Assembly (NCBI RefSeq): GCF_964355755.1
Contig: NC_092678.1
Span: 9,068,422-9,132,421, forward strand
Length of the DNA: 64,000 nucleotides
Direction of reading: 5' to 3'
Source of the DNA: Antedon mediterranea
Lineage: Eukaryota > Animalia > Echinodermata
A model generated the notes under the pieces. That model did no database searches, had not been told where the DNA came from, and saw only the letters and a program-made list of their open reading frames with translations. The translations under genes were made by a program, and so were the position numbers. Positions within the stretch are counted from its first letter, which is position 1. Each line of letters begins with the position of its first letter. Below, one piece after another: positions 37,439-50,930 of the stretch.

Positions 37439-37745
37439 GTTATTGTTACAGCGATTTCTTTCTTTTTAAAGAAAGACAACTTGACCAAACCAAAGTTGTG
37501 CACACACCATCCACACTGATTTCACATGTTTTTCATTATAATGACCTTTAACACAGACAACAGCAGCAATACAGATATTATCAATATTTCTGGGAAAAAA
37601 ATAATAATAAATAAATAACATTTTCTAAAAAATTAAAGTTATTTAGGATTATATTTTAAAATAAATTTTTATAAATCAAAGTACAATTAGGATCTTAATG
37701 AACAATAGCCTTTTTTTAAACAAAACAATTTGTTAAAAAAGAAAG
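37439..37745. promoter_or_regulatory. Putative bidirectional promoter MRPS25 / ARMC10-like
   Basis: Two divergent start codons are separated by only 307 bp. Confidence 0.7.
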
Positions 37746-40700
37746 ATGTCTGCGCCCTATCGGCTTTTTAGCGGAAGGCTCAACGTTACGATAATTTCAA
37801 TATTTGCAGCTTCTGCTTCAATATGTGCTGTATTTAAGCTGTTTGGGTTATTTAATAATCTAAAAAAAAATAACCCTAAAAAATCTATCAAGAATAGAAC
37901 TGACATAAAAGAAAATGGTGAGTAGAAATTTGACTGGCTTAGCCTAGCCTATAGTTTAGCTTGGCCTAGCCAACTCTATAGTATAAATAGCTAGGCTATA
38001 TGAGGCCGGTAGCGAAGCCAATGAATCCGGCCGCCATTCACCCTGTGGCTGCCTTGTCAATTTGGCGCGATGTTTATGCACTCCAGCAAATAAATTTGGC
38101 TTCCTGTGTAAATGAGCAGTTTGTATAAAGAAGGCTACGTTTTTTATATTATTATTGGTTTTTTTTATTATTATTTTTGAACAGGGTATTTAATTTTTAA
38201 GTACAGCTGCAGCAGTAAAAATATAAATGTTATCTCCTTAATAAATATTAGGCTAGCACCCTAGATAGAGGCTATAGGGACTGTCACACCAAAATCAGTC
38301 CGGGCCAAAATCGGTCCGGCGGACCAGTTTTGGCTGCCAAAATCAGTCCGGGGGACCATTTATGGCTGCCAAAACCTGTCCGGCCGGACCAATTTTGGCC
38401 GCCAAAACTGGTCCGGTCTGGATAAAATCGGTCCGGGCAGTAGGACTGTTTTTGGCCGCCAAATATGGTCCGGTCTTACAAATATATGGTGCGCAAAATG
38501 ATTCATAACGCATATATCATTTTAAAAAAGGCCATGATTTGTCATTATATTGAAAACTATGGGGTTTTATTTGTTATTTTAATATTATAAATTAAGCCTG
38601 TTTTTTTTATTATCATTATTAGTAGTAACTCATCAATGAAATAAGTACTAATTGTTAGGCTTTTTGTATACAATATGTATCTCTGCCTGTTTTTAATCCA
38701 TTTTGTTCTTTTTTAACATCTTCGTTTCCCCATGATGTTAAAAACAATTTAATTTATCATTTATTTATGGTTAATCAATCAATATATCAATTCAATACAA
38801 TTATTATAAAAACAATTATCCAATATTGATTAGGCTGAGGAAGGCAAAAGGCCTCAATGATAAATAAAATCTAGCTGGCAATATCAGCGTCTCATACCCG
38901 TTCATGTGAGTGTGTGACAGGTCCAAATATGAGTGAACACCTAAGTCATGTTTTTAGATAAAATACATTTATTTATAGTATTTATCCGACAAGATAACTT
39001 ACTAATATATATCATGGGATATTTTTCTAGCCATAAACAACTTAAAACAGCATCATAGGCCTAGTAATTCAATTAAAATCGACAGAAGAAAAGCCCGGAC
39101 CGATTTTGGCAGTGGCGGACTGCTTTTGGCCACAATTTTAGAGCCAAAACTGGTCTGGCCGGACCGATTTTGGCCCCGGACCATATTTATCGTGACAGGA
39201 CCACACAAAAATAATTATTATGTTTTAAATGTAATTATATATTAGAGTATGTTTGTAGAAACATTTTAGTCTTTAAATGATGTGAATTGGTCAAGACACG
39301 ACAAGTATTTGCGGAGATATGAAGGATTACGGTTATGTCGGCCACATACCACATCGGCCCCCAACACAATAAAAGTAATATGTATGGAACGCTATGAAAG
39401 CATTATTGTCCATGCAAAGGTGTTTGTTAAATTTACCATCCGTTTTATGTTTCAGACTAGTACAAAAAGGAAAGTCTTTTTATTTTTTTATTTCAGTTTT
39501 ACTTTTCAAATTATTTAACTATTTACAATGTTTTTAAATTAATAAACTTAAAGCCCCCTTCCCTACGTTTTTTAGATCTAATTTAAGATCACAAACTATA
39601 TTTAATGTAAAAATAATACTATATGGTCCTATTGCGATAACTTTTTTCGTCTTTAAACGGTTAAAAATGAGAAAAATAAGTCGATTCTAATAATTATAGC
39701 GGCCCGCTATAAATCCCAAAATGCATTGCGCGCGGATTGATATTGTTATTTTTCACCTGTAATTCGCCCACTTTTCGATCGATCGTGAGTCCAAAACAAA
39801 TGGAAGACTCCAAACTTTTCAGCGAATATACCGGGTTTTCTCCAATTTGTATCAACGGAGTCTGGCAAAAATAGAAAGATAATTAATGCAGCAACTATAC
39901 AACGTCAGGCTAGGTATATAGCTAGCGTACGATGTTCGTACGTTACCGATGTTTACCAGCTAGGCCTACAAAACTAAACCTAGCTAGGCTAGGCCTAAGA
40001 CCGTCCACGAGAGGTCGATCGCTGCGAGCTACTTAGGTAGTGCATTGTTTCTCACTTTTTATCATAATTTACCATAAAACGTACATTTAAGACAAGGAAT
40101 GACATGGTTTAATGTTTTTAAAGTGATATATACTGTATATGTATTATTTTCCAAAAAACGTCCAAATTTGCAGGGAAGATGTATTGTCCCCCAAAATCAT
40201 GAAAAATAAAGATTTTTAAAATCGGACTTTGAATAGGCCATTTTGCAGTTTTAATGAAGTTGTTGACTTCCATAAGAAAAAAAACGGGGGAAAAAAATTA
40301 TTTCACCTATAAAAAGACAAAATAAACAGTTAAATTACTCAAAAACTCATTGTCTTCCAGACAATTTGACCATTTTTTGCTTTAAATTACATTTTTCTCA
40401 GGTAAATACATTTTTTTCAGACCCAATTTTTTGTGAGAGTGAATAACTATTATGTGACATTAAAATAACATATTCAACAAAAAAATAAAAAAAAACATTT
40501 TTTTAGAGGGACAATATAGTAAAACAGTTTACTATTTTTAAATTACCAGTTTATAATTTGTTTTACTTAACAGATTTAAAAATATGTACTCACTTATTTA
40601 TGTTAACATTATTTTACAAATTTTAACTGCATTTACATTGTTATTTTGCAGAATTTAAAGAAATGTTTACATTTTCCAAATTAGCATTGAGTATCCTATT

Positions 40701-43700
40701 ACTAATTGGTGACCATCCAATGTAATTTGATACAGGGTCTAAATTGTGTAGTAGTATAGCAAAATATTAAAGTACAGTAATACAATAACAATGATGCATT
40801 TACAGTAAATCAATTTTGTAGGCAATTTGTAATGAATGGATGCGTCTCATAGGTCAATCTATTTCAGGTCAAAGGTCAAATAATTTAGTTGTATACTTTA
40901 TGTATATTCCGCGCACATGCATCCAGCTCCATACAAAATAGCGCGACCACAATAAAAAAAAACGTGACTGACTTCGCAAAGCGACCGATAATAAAAGTAT
41001 AGCTATAGCAGCACGCCATACAAAATGAATGAAGTTAATTTTATTGCGACCAAAATCAGACGTGATCGATTTCAAATACAAACGATATCATCTTATAAAA
41101 GTAAAAATAAAAATATATAAAACCTGGTAGTTATTCTACTGTTAGCATAAAATAAAGTTACAGGTAGCAAGAAATTAATTTCTACACATCAATTCATTGC
41201 AATTTTTGTGTAATTTGATTTATGCTATTGATTTATGTGCATCGATTGACGTAATTTCATTCGCCAGATTCCTTGGTCAAACTTTCATGGATCACTGATT
41301 TTGACTAAAACTGCGCACAATCGCAGAGTAAACGCTGACCCATGACCTTTAGCTATTTGCATTTGCTAATTTCAATTTTCCTTTTTTTTTAAATTTGAAT
41401 AAAAATACTAAAACATTGCAAAGTATTTTAAATATTAATTATAAAACCAAAAAACCCTTACTTATAATATCCTACATTTATTAATAAATATGAAAGTATT
41501 GTAATATTGTTTAGATATCTTAAAGCTCAGTACATAAATCAAAAACAGAAATCACAACGGAAAAACATGGATTTCTCTTAAAATGGCCAAATACAAAAAA
41601 TGTTTTAAAATTCTGCTATAAAAGCCAGGCAGATTTTTTTTTCTATAGTTACAGTAGGTAGTTTTAAAATAATGTAATACCATATAGTGACTATATACTG
41701 TACAAAAATGAAAACATTTGAAAAAAAGTTGGTGAGTATGCGGTAGATAATATTTGCTATAGCACGAAAATAAAAACATAAGAAATGTACTGAAGAGTCT
41801 AATTAAGAAACAATTTACAATTTTAACTCATATCAGTGCTTTGTTGTGCAATCATGTTGCTAATTTTAAGAAATATTACGATAATTCTTTTTGTTCATAG
41901 AAGTACTGTATAACTTATGTAATTCAGGAAAGGTACTGTACAGTTTATAATGCTTTGAGAAATTGTCAGGTCATGTCCATTCTCATGCAAATGCCCATAT
42001 GTTTATATTAAAAATAAAAAGAGTCCAATTTTGGGAGCAACCACACAACAGGTCCTTATACTATACCTGGGTTACTTCCAAATATAAGAATCTTATTCGT
42101 AAACGTCAAATTGCTTTTAAGGAAGGAAATCTTTCTGAGTTCCGCTCACTGAGAAACAAAGTTAACCGGATGTCAAAATCCCTACGTAAATCTTTTTACC
42201 AAAAAAATGTAGCTAAGCTCTTGAATTCGGATTCCCGATCCTGGTGGAAGCACACCAAAAGGTTTCTCAATCTAGGATGCAAAGATAATCATTCGCTTGT
42301 AGGCATGTCAAATTTGCTGTGTAACGGCGATAATACCTCGCTTTCCAATAAAATTAATCAATTTTTTACATCATTGACCTCGGAATTTAACCCCCTCCCT
42401 CCTCCTGATCCACTATTAGATATTGATGAAACCCCTAGTCACCTTATCATAGAGCTGGAAACTGTCAGGATTAAACTTAATCAAATTAAATGTAATAAAG
42501 CCCCTGGTCCAGATGACCTTCCCCCCTGGGTGTTTAAAGAGGGTGCTGAGATTCTTAGTGGTCCTTTATGTGCTATTGCTAACTCAAGTGTTAGAAACGG
42601 ATGGGTTCCCCAAGAATGGAAACAAGCCAATATTGTCCCAATCCCAAAAGTGCTTCCTCCAAAGTTGGTCGAAAGTGATCTCCGTCCTATTGCTTTAACA
42701 CCTATAATGGCAAAGGTAATTGAGAGCCTAGTGGGCGAAATGATCTGGTACCAAGTTAAGGATAAGATAAATCTAAACCAATTTGGTTGTTGTAAAGGTG
42801 TGTCTACGGTTGACGCCTTAATTGAATTCCTCAATGTTTGTTTCCTTGCCACTGATGCGGGCGAAGAGGTTAGAGTTTTATTATTGGATTTTAAAAAGGC
42901 CTACGATTTGATTGACCACAAAATTCTCTTAAACAAACTCATTGCACTGGGGGTTGATGGTCACCTGATCCGATGGGTTAATGCCTTCCTGTATAACCGA
43001 CAACAACGTGTTAAAATTGGTGGTAGTCTTTCTGAATGGCTATCGCCAAACGGAGGCATACCGCAGGGGTCGTGGATTGGCCCTATTATGTTTATTATTT
43101 TTATTAATGACCTTTTAAATGGTAAACCATGTGTTACATTTATGGATGATACTACTGTATTCGAAAGGGTGTCTAAACTGTCCAATAGTAACTTACAAAA
43201 TATAGCTAATGCAGCCCTTGCATGGACTCGCCTTAACCATATGACCCTCAATGCTAAAAAAACATGTGAATTAATTGTGAGTTGTAAGAAAAATAAGTCG
43301 ATATTTAATCCGCTAATTATTAATAATTGTAGTGTTAACCAGGTTTGCCGTACTAAGCTCCTAGGAATAATTTTATGTGACAATTTATCATGGCAACCCC
43401 ATATTGATTCTTTGATGGCTAAATCAAACTCACGGTTATACTTTCTTAAACAATTGCGACAGTCTGGCCTAGACGCACAAGCCTTATGCTATTTCTATTG
43501 TTGTGTTATCAGGCCTGTTCTAGAATACGCCGTCCCCGTTTGGGGAATGTGCTTAACTAAATTGCAGTCTGACCAACTGGGAAGTATCCAACGTAGGGCG
43601 CTTAGAATCACGTTCCCAAAGCTCAGTTACCTTACAACAAAGCAATGGATCAATGTAATGTGCCTGTGCTATGTGAACGTCGAACTAGACTGTGCAAGGA

Positions 43701-46700
43701 TTACTATCAGAAACTTAAAGACCCTTCCCATAGACTACATCACCTTCTGCCTAAAGCGCCTAAATCTAGATACAATTTAAGACAAGTTAAAGAATTTTGC
43801 ATTCCAAAAGTAAAAACGGAACGATCAAAAAATTTCATTGTAAACTTTGGTCTCTTTCACAAGTGGTAGGCATAATTATCCCTGCACAGTCGTTTCTCCC
43901 CCTGTCTTCTGTTTTGTCTGTTCTTCGATGTTTTGTGTTTTTTGATTGTTATTGTTGATGGATATATTTTCATTTAAGTATAAAATAAGTATATATTTTT
44001 GTATAATTCAACCCAAAAGTTGCAATAAAAGTATTTTATCAGTTTATCATACCAAAAGTGTCTGATTTTTCCATTTTAATTTACAGTAGTTGGCAGGAAA
44101 AAAACTTATTGGTCCTCTCAAACAATGGTTTTGGTCACTATTTAGAGAGACTCGGTCTTAAATTGGTGAGAACAGCATCCAGGGGTCTTTAATTGTACAA
44201 TTTACAAAAAAATTTGTATGAACTGGACAATTAAATACTGTAGAAGTAAAATAATTAAGTATATCTTTTCAGGAATATCAAATGAATCCAAGAAGGCAAA
44301 AGCAAGCCAGGAAATTACATTACCGGCTGTGAATGGTGTCCTAGATAGGCAACAGATTTTAACTCTAATTGAATTTCTGAAGACAAATTCAGATGAAGAT
44401 GTACTGCAAAAAGTTGTGACAACAATAGCAAATGCCTGTGCTTTTAAGCATAATCAGGTACGGTACACTGTTTTTTGTTTGTTTTCTTTTTGTATCTTGG
44501 CTGTGTGAATTTGATTACCATGGCATTGCTGTACATACTCAACAGCGAATAAAGATTTCACCACAAAATGAAGTAGTGAGGCGTGATGTGTCACAGGTGA
44601 ACCCGTAGTGAGGCGTGATGTGTCACAGGTGAACCCGTAGTGAGGCGTGATGTGTCACAGGTGAACCCCAATAAACAAGGCAACTTCTAAATATCATTGA
44701 TTACAGAAAGGGATGCAGACAGAAAATCGAACAAAAAAATCAGATCTTTGCTCTCTACCTAAATATAGAGTGCAACATTTGTTGGTCACATGGCATTAAA
44801 TAAATGTTAAACAATTTGGTAACAACATGATCGGCAGCCTGTAAATCATGCTCGGAATTGTTGGACGAGCGAGTCCACCGTCGACCAGAGTAGGTCTTGA
44901 AAAATTGCTGACAGTGACTACAGTACATTCAAATTATGTTTTTCATTCAGTTGACACATTTCTTTTAGTTGTTAACTAATGTTCTAAAAACATTTGCTAC
45001 CCAGTTGTGTTTCAAGTAAAATAAATTTATAAATAAATAGACTTACATTATCATCAAAGATCTTAACAAGATAGCAAACTTCATCAAGTGTATTCTATAA
45101 TGACACACCTTAAAGAAAATAAGTTTACTCTAGTTGAATGTTTGCATGCTATCATTCATATGAACTCTGTAATAAGATCGTTGATCCATGCTTACTAATT
45201 ATAGTGTGCCATACAATCAATAACAAATTTAATTTGAGGTAAATCTTCAAAATTTCCGTCTCCTTCAATAATAAAAATAAGAATTTACCTCAAAGGCAAT
45301 GAACAATATGTCCACAAAATGTGGAACTTGTTTAAAATAATACTTGGACACTCGTTTTACAAGATGGCCAAGTACTTGAATCTGTACTGTTGGTTGACAG
45401 CAATTCGATACAAATATATAAATCGATATAAAAAATACATAAACTGACTATAAAATGACAGAAATGTGTAAATGTACATGTATACAGTGTAACAACAAAA
45501 TACATCGTTAAAAAAGTTAAAATCGTAAAGGTTACAAATTCAATTCTACAGAAACTTGAGTTAAAAAAATGAATAGAATTTGGCAAAACGACATCAAGTT
45601 GTATGATGCACAAAGACCTATTTATTAGATTATAACAACAATGGATGTGTCATGTTGTTGATCATGTTGATGATTTTATGAATTTGGAGTGAAACACATT
45701 TTTTTATTGATTTAGTTAAGGACAGTGGTGTGATGTATTTGATACATTGGGAAATATTTCTGTTCCAAAATAACAGTACATTTAAAACATTAATAAATTT
45801 GTCTGGTAGAAAATAACCATTTTCAGTCCACTAATGTTTCCTAAAAAAATAATAACATACGCTGATGCAAAAAGTTTATTTTCTAATATAGGATTTACTT
45901 AGAGAGTTAAATGGACTTGAACTGATTGTAAACTTTCTACAATCTTCATTCTCATTGCCACTACGCATATCTGCTTCTCTTGCCATCTCTAATCTTTCAG
46001 TCAATTCTGAGAATAACATGATTTTGCAGGTAAGATTGGTTGATTGTGTTTGTATGAATGGAACAAACTAAACATACATTTTACTGCACGTACAGTATGT
46101 ATTGGTTGATTGATTTGTTCACAGACAAAATTATGAATTAATTATAATGAATGGTTCTAACCAAAGGCCAGATTACAAAAGAGAGTGCCCCGCCCTCTGC
46201 TCAGTATCTAAATTCTAAGCTTAGCCTATATCCATGGAGGAATATTTCCTATGGCCTATCTGACATGACTTTAACATCCAATTCAAAATGGAATCTGGAA
46301 TTTTAAATAATTAATTGAAAGACTAAACAAGATTATTATGGTATTATAATATCTTTCTTATCTTATTTTTAATTAATTTGTTGTAGGAATGCATTCCAGA
46401 TTTATGCACTTTAATGGTGTCACAGGATGAGAAAGCTGAATCTTGTCATTTCGCCTCACTTCAGGCTCTTACCAATCTATCTTTAATCAACCCTTGCAGT
46501 GTGTATTTCCATCAATCCATCCAGTATTTATTTGATATGTTAAGCCTTGATGACCTGAAAAGTAGAGTGAATCTACAGACACTAAAGGTTCTTGTGAACC
46601 TTTCATGCGATGATGCTATGGTTGAGTCTCTGCTAAAAGCTGAGGTTAGAAAATTAATCATTACTAGTAGTTGTTTTGGATTGTATAAATCTACAGGTAG

Positions 46701-47350
46701 TTACAGCAAAGATTGTATAGTGCCGCAAGATATATAACTGCGTTCAGTTCAGGTCATAATGCCATAATCTTTTTCTGTGTGCTATATTCTAACATACACG
46801 TGGCATTTGTCGTGCGAATAACTAACTCGTCAAAGTGACGAGTTCAAATTTAGTAAACATTGGTTTTATAAATGCTGATATTATTTTATTTTGATAGCCA
46901 CCAGCTGCACTGCTTAATTATCTTCAACCTCCTGTAGAGGATGATCATGCACTGCGTGTTCTGACTTTGTTTGCTAATGTAACTAAAGATGTGCAAATCA
47001 AAGAGAGAGTAGAAGAATGGAAATGTTCAAGGAAGAACAAACAGCAGCCATCAACATATGTCGAGGAAGAAAGTAATAGCAATCAAGTTGATAATCAAGT
47101 CCGTAGTCTGCGACACAAACCTTTGTCAATGATACAAGAAGAGGAGGAAGTTGAAGTCGTTGATCAAAGTACATTGGTGAAGCCAGCTGTCTCATTGCAG
47201 AGTTTAGATTTGATTCCAGATAACACATTGTACGACATGGTTCATGGCAACTCATCACTGAGTCTAAGATGTTATGTTATGATGCTGAAATTGTATGATC
47301 ATGAAGACATACAACAACAAGCCAATATATTGTGGGATAATTTGTATTGA
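37746..47350 (+). CDS. ARMC10: Armadillo repeat-containing protein 10-like (Arm_2 domain, N-terminal membrane anchor), ~401 aa; exons 37746-37917, 44273-44457, 45892-46029, 46387-46644, 46898-47350
   Basis: LDRQQILTLIEFLKTNSD...TIANACAFKHNQ/DLLRELNGL...ISNLSVNSENN/...ASLQALTNLS...LQTLKVLVNLSCD. Exon 1 is hydrophobic (TIISIFAASASICAVFKLF). Introns are GT-AG with compatible phases. Exon 1 is less certain than the rest. Confidence 0.82.
38281..39198. mobile_element. Foldback/Mutator-like MITE with modular subterminal repeats
   Basis: Ends CTGTCAC...ggccaaaatcggtccggc / gccggaccgattttggcc...GTGACAG, many ggacc..ttttggc modules and an AT-rich core. No TSD found. Confidence 0.75.
39548..40540 (+). 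mobile_element. Non-autonomous DNA element starting TTAA|AG (Kolobok-like); related pieces at ~25110-25260, ~53270-53550 and inverted at 59935-60455
   Basis: ttttagatctaatttaag...attgcgataacttt...aagtcgattctaat...ctataaatccca is shared with the reverse complement of 59935-60455. Confidence 0.6.
42062..44050 (+). mobile_element. 5'-truncated LINE (L2/CR1 group) with a nearly intact RT ORF in ARMC10 intron 1
   Basis: ORF 41963-43780: KAPGPDDLP, LRPIALTP, LLDFKKAYDLIDH, GIPQGSWIGP, FMDD, VIRPVLEYAVPVW. One frameshift near 43640, continuing to 43869. Confidence 0.93.
44573..44668. repeat. Tandem repeat, 32 bp x 3
   Basis: Unit gtagtgaggcgtgatgtgtcacaggtgaaccc with no spacers. Confidence 0.95.
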
Positions 47351-48639
47351 AATTGTTTGGATGTCAGGTTTTACTTTTGAACTGAATCTTTTTTAAATCT
47401 GGCTTGGGTTTTTTTTACCATGCGCTTCCTTGGTTGAGCTAACAAAAAGTTTTTTTTGTACCATATTTTACTCCAGTTCAACCAACTTCTTCACATATTT
47501 TGACTAAAAAAATGAATACAGTACTTTCTTGTACCAATTTTATTTTATTATAATAATTATTGAATTTATTTTAATAATTATTTATAATTATTATTTTAAT
47601 TTGAATTTTACAAGTAAGTTTTTGTGGTTAAAAGTTTCATTTAATAAGTTCTGATCATAATGAATGTTTGTCCAACAAGTAGTTGTCTTGTTTTGTAAAA
47701 CAATGTATTCTATTGTAAATATATATGAAAATTTGAAAGATTTGTCAATAACAAATGATTGGCTGTAGAACATTTTGTTCCTGTAATGTAATATGTCCAT
47801 CTCTTTATGTTTTGTTTTGCATGTTAAATAAGAGATTTGCATGAAATATATCTGGTTTGATGGATGGATGATAATCATTATATATTTTATGCATGATAAT
47901 TATAAAGATTACTACTGTACAGTAACAGTAATGTTCAGTGTAAAAATTTACCAAGAAAATTTGTTTAGCGAAAGATTGGCATGAAATATTGTGAACAGAT
48001 TTGTGAGTGACTATACAATATTTTTTGTACATTTTAAAATTGACAAACAGTTTGTACAGTACATTTCATTTTTCATTGTAGTAGATGTACATGCTCTTTA
48101 AGGATAACAAAAAATCCTATTTTCAAACATTGCTAAAAAAAAAGCTGTTGTTTAAATTTTAAAAATGTAGCAGGTTCACATTATTAATTTTCATTAAAAA
48201 TAATAATTTTCTCAATTTGTTTATATATCTTACAAAGTTTGAGAACAAATTAAATATTTTAATTTATTGTTTGTGGTGGGAAAAAATAGTATTTACCATA
48301 TTTTATTAATGTTTAGTTATTTTTCTTTTGCATCAAATGCAAATGAAATTAATGTAATAAAAGTGCAATATTATGTGTAAACAGTACAATTCAATGTTTG
48401 CCTATGAATGTAAATATTAAACAATATATAAAATAATAATAATTTTTCTTTATTATTGTATTAGCAAAATGTATAATACAATACATATTGGCACTAGGCA
48501 AAAATGGAAACGGGAAAGTTGTGCATACACCTGGTTCGATCATCCCCATGCTCTTTGCGACACTGATGGTGTCGCAAAGAAGACATGGACATATGTGATC
48601 ACTGGCTGAGGAAATATGTCACTGCCACTAGAGAATATA

Positions 48640-50930
48640 ACAATTACTATTTTTTGTCAGACCACAGAATCCTCATCAGTGAAATGAAGACACCAGCTAA
48701 ACAAATATAGAGAATCTAATATTTGTAGATCATGTGCATGGATTGTTTCTGAAGGTTTGGAGAACTAAAACAGTACCAAGTCATTGGGGACTCTGTCTAA
48801 ATTAACAACTATCTGGAAGAAAAAGAGCAGTAAACTTGATCCATCAAAATATAGAGGGATATCAAAGATACTTATAATCATCATTCACGCTTCTCCACCT
48901 TTTATGAAAGTTAACTTCTACGCACACAATTTGGATTCAGGTACAACAGAGGTTGTAACGATGCTGTACGTCATGTCATCAAGCAAATTGCTTGTCGATC
49001 AAACCTCAAACTCTACACATGCTGTATCGATTTGACAGCTGCTTTTGACCATGTTAACCACAAACTTTACTTTCTAAGCATTAGTAACAACTTCCATCCG
49101 AACCAGCTTCCATCCGAACCAGCCTACTACTATGATAGACATAATACAGTCAAAGGCATACTTTTCTGATGACGGGAGTGTATATGGTGTAATCTGCTTT
49201 ACAATATTTATCAACGATCTGCCTCAATTAGTTAAGTCACCTCTTTTTTTGTTTGCTGATGATTCAAAGACATACAAAGCTGTTGATTCAGACATAGATG
49301 CTCTTGATTTTCAGGCGGACATTGATAAGATGTATAAATGGTCAGTAAAGTGGCAGTTGCCCTTTAATATTAATAAATGTAAGGTTATGCATCTCGGTAA
49401 AAAATCCTTGAACACAACATACTTTATGGGAACAGGTTCAGATAGAATTCAGTTAGGAGTTGTAACTCAGATGAGAGATCTTGGTGTTTTAGTTGATAAT
49501 AAATTGAATTTTCATGATCATATCGTTGAAGTTGTTAAAAAGGCTAACTCTAGACTTGGTTTAATTAAGAGAACCTTTGAATATTTAGACAGTCATTTAG
49601 TGTCTATCCTTTATAAATCAATGGTTAGACCGATTTTAGAATATTCTAGTACGGCTTGTCTTCCTCAGTTTGTTGGTGATTCTATTCTCTTAGAAAAAGT
49701 TCAGCAAAGAGCCACAAAACTTGCTGTGGAAATTAAAACTCAACCATATAGTGACCGAATGAAATTTATGAAACTGCCATCATTAGCATTTCGAAGAAAG
49801 AGGTCTTGCTGCTTACAGATTTTTAGAATGATACAAAAGTATGATAATGTTAATCCGGGTGTCTTTTTTGAATTAGCACCATCTACTGTAACTAGAGGCC
49901 ACAATTTTAAAATTAAAAAAGTTCATAGTAAATCGAAACACAGACAGAAATTCTTTTCAATATCTGCAGTAAATGATTGGAATAGTTTGCCATATCATAT
50001 AGTAAATGCATCCTCTATAAATAATTTTAAAACCCATCTTGAAACACACTGGAAAACCCACAACCTAAAGTTTGAGCCATATAACCAAGATGTTCAAAGA
50101 GGGACTCACAAACCTTAACAGGTTTATAGTCTAAAGGTCAAGGTAAATCAAGGTAAGGTAAATGATCCTAATGATCAATTTGAAACACGTCTGTCTGGTT
50201 ATATATATATATTACGTTATTAGAGTGTTCAAACAACACTGTAAAGATGCAAGTTTGTAATCACTATCAAGTTCCTATTAAAGCTACAAATCATGCTCAA
50301 AGATCTAAAGCACCGGCAAGTGGCATCTATGACAACTTCGAAAGTGGATATGCTGATGACTTGGCTGTAAGCTCCTGGTCACAAAATGAAGAACTTCAAA
50401 TCAAGGCAACATCTTGAATGAAGTTTGTCTCAATGGAATTTGTTCTCAATATGTTCTCAAACAGAAAGCATTATATGGAACCAGAAAGAGAAGGCTGAAG
50501 AATACCCAGAATACATCATAAAAATAGACAATGTACATATTAGTAACGTAAAACAGATACTGTACCTTGGTGTATGGACTACCATCAACTAAGAAGTAAA
50601 ATACAGAACCAATTCAGCTGTGTGCTTTTGCAGAAAAAAAAAAGAGCACTGCTTACAAATAGAAAGATCCACCCATCCATTAATGGTCTGTTTAGGAGTA
50701 CTTACCTATGGTTGCCATGCTTGGAGCTACTTAGCACAACATGCAATACCTATCTAAGAAGACTGCTAGTAAATGGCTTTCAGACAAAGATATAGATGGA
50801 AATTATACTGATTGGCGCTATGTAATTAGTAATGACAATCTTTACAAAATCAGTGGCCGTCAATCACTTGTAGATTACCAAATGACGATCCTACAAAAAT
50901 ACTGACTTTCTACACAACACCGAATAAACG
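48640..50930 (+). mobile_element. Old RTE-like LINE remnant interrupted by a younger LINE
   Basis: LTTIWKKKSSKLDPSKYRGIS, DLTAAFDHVN and GYADDLA in several frames. Confidence 0.7.
49170..50161 (+). mobile_element. CR1-type LINE 3' fragment with an (AAGGT)-like tail
   Basis: ORF 49132-50118: IFINDLP...LFADDSK...KWQLPFNINKCKVMHLG...YKSMVRPILEY...TRGHNFKI. Tail aaggtcaaggtaaatcaaggtaaggtaa. Confidence 0.9.

Noticed and set aside
42481-43383. Antisense ORFs of 123 and 140 aa
   Set aside because: Shadow frames of the LINE RT.
44573-44668. 32-bp repeats resembling CRISPR direct repeats
   Set aside because: Head-to-tail with no spacers, in a eukaryotic intron, and no cas genes.
44820-44920. Possible Penelope-like terminal repeat fragment
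   Set aside because: Too short and degenerate, with no hammerhead core or ORF nearby.
48552-48580. 12-bp stem hairpin as an intrinsic terminator
   Set aside because: Eukaryotic context and no U-tract. Probably a local inverted duplication.
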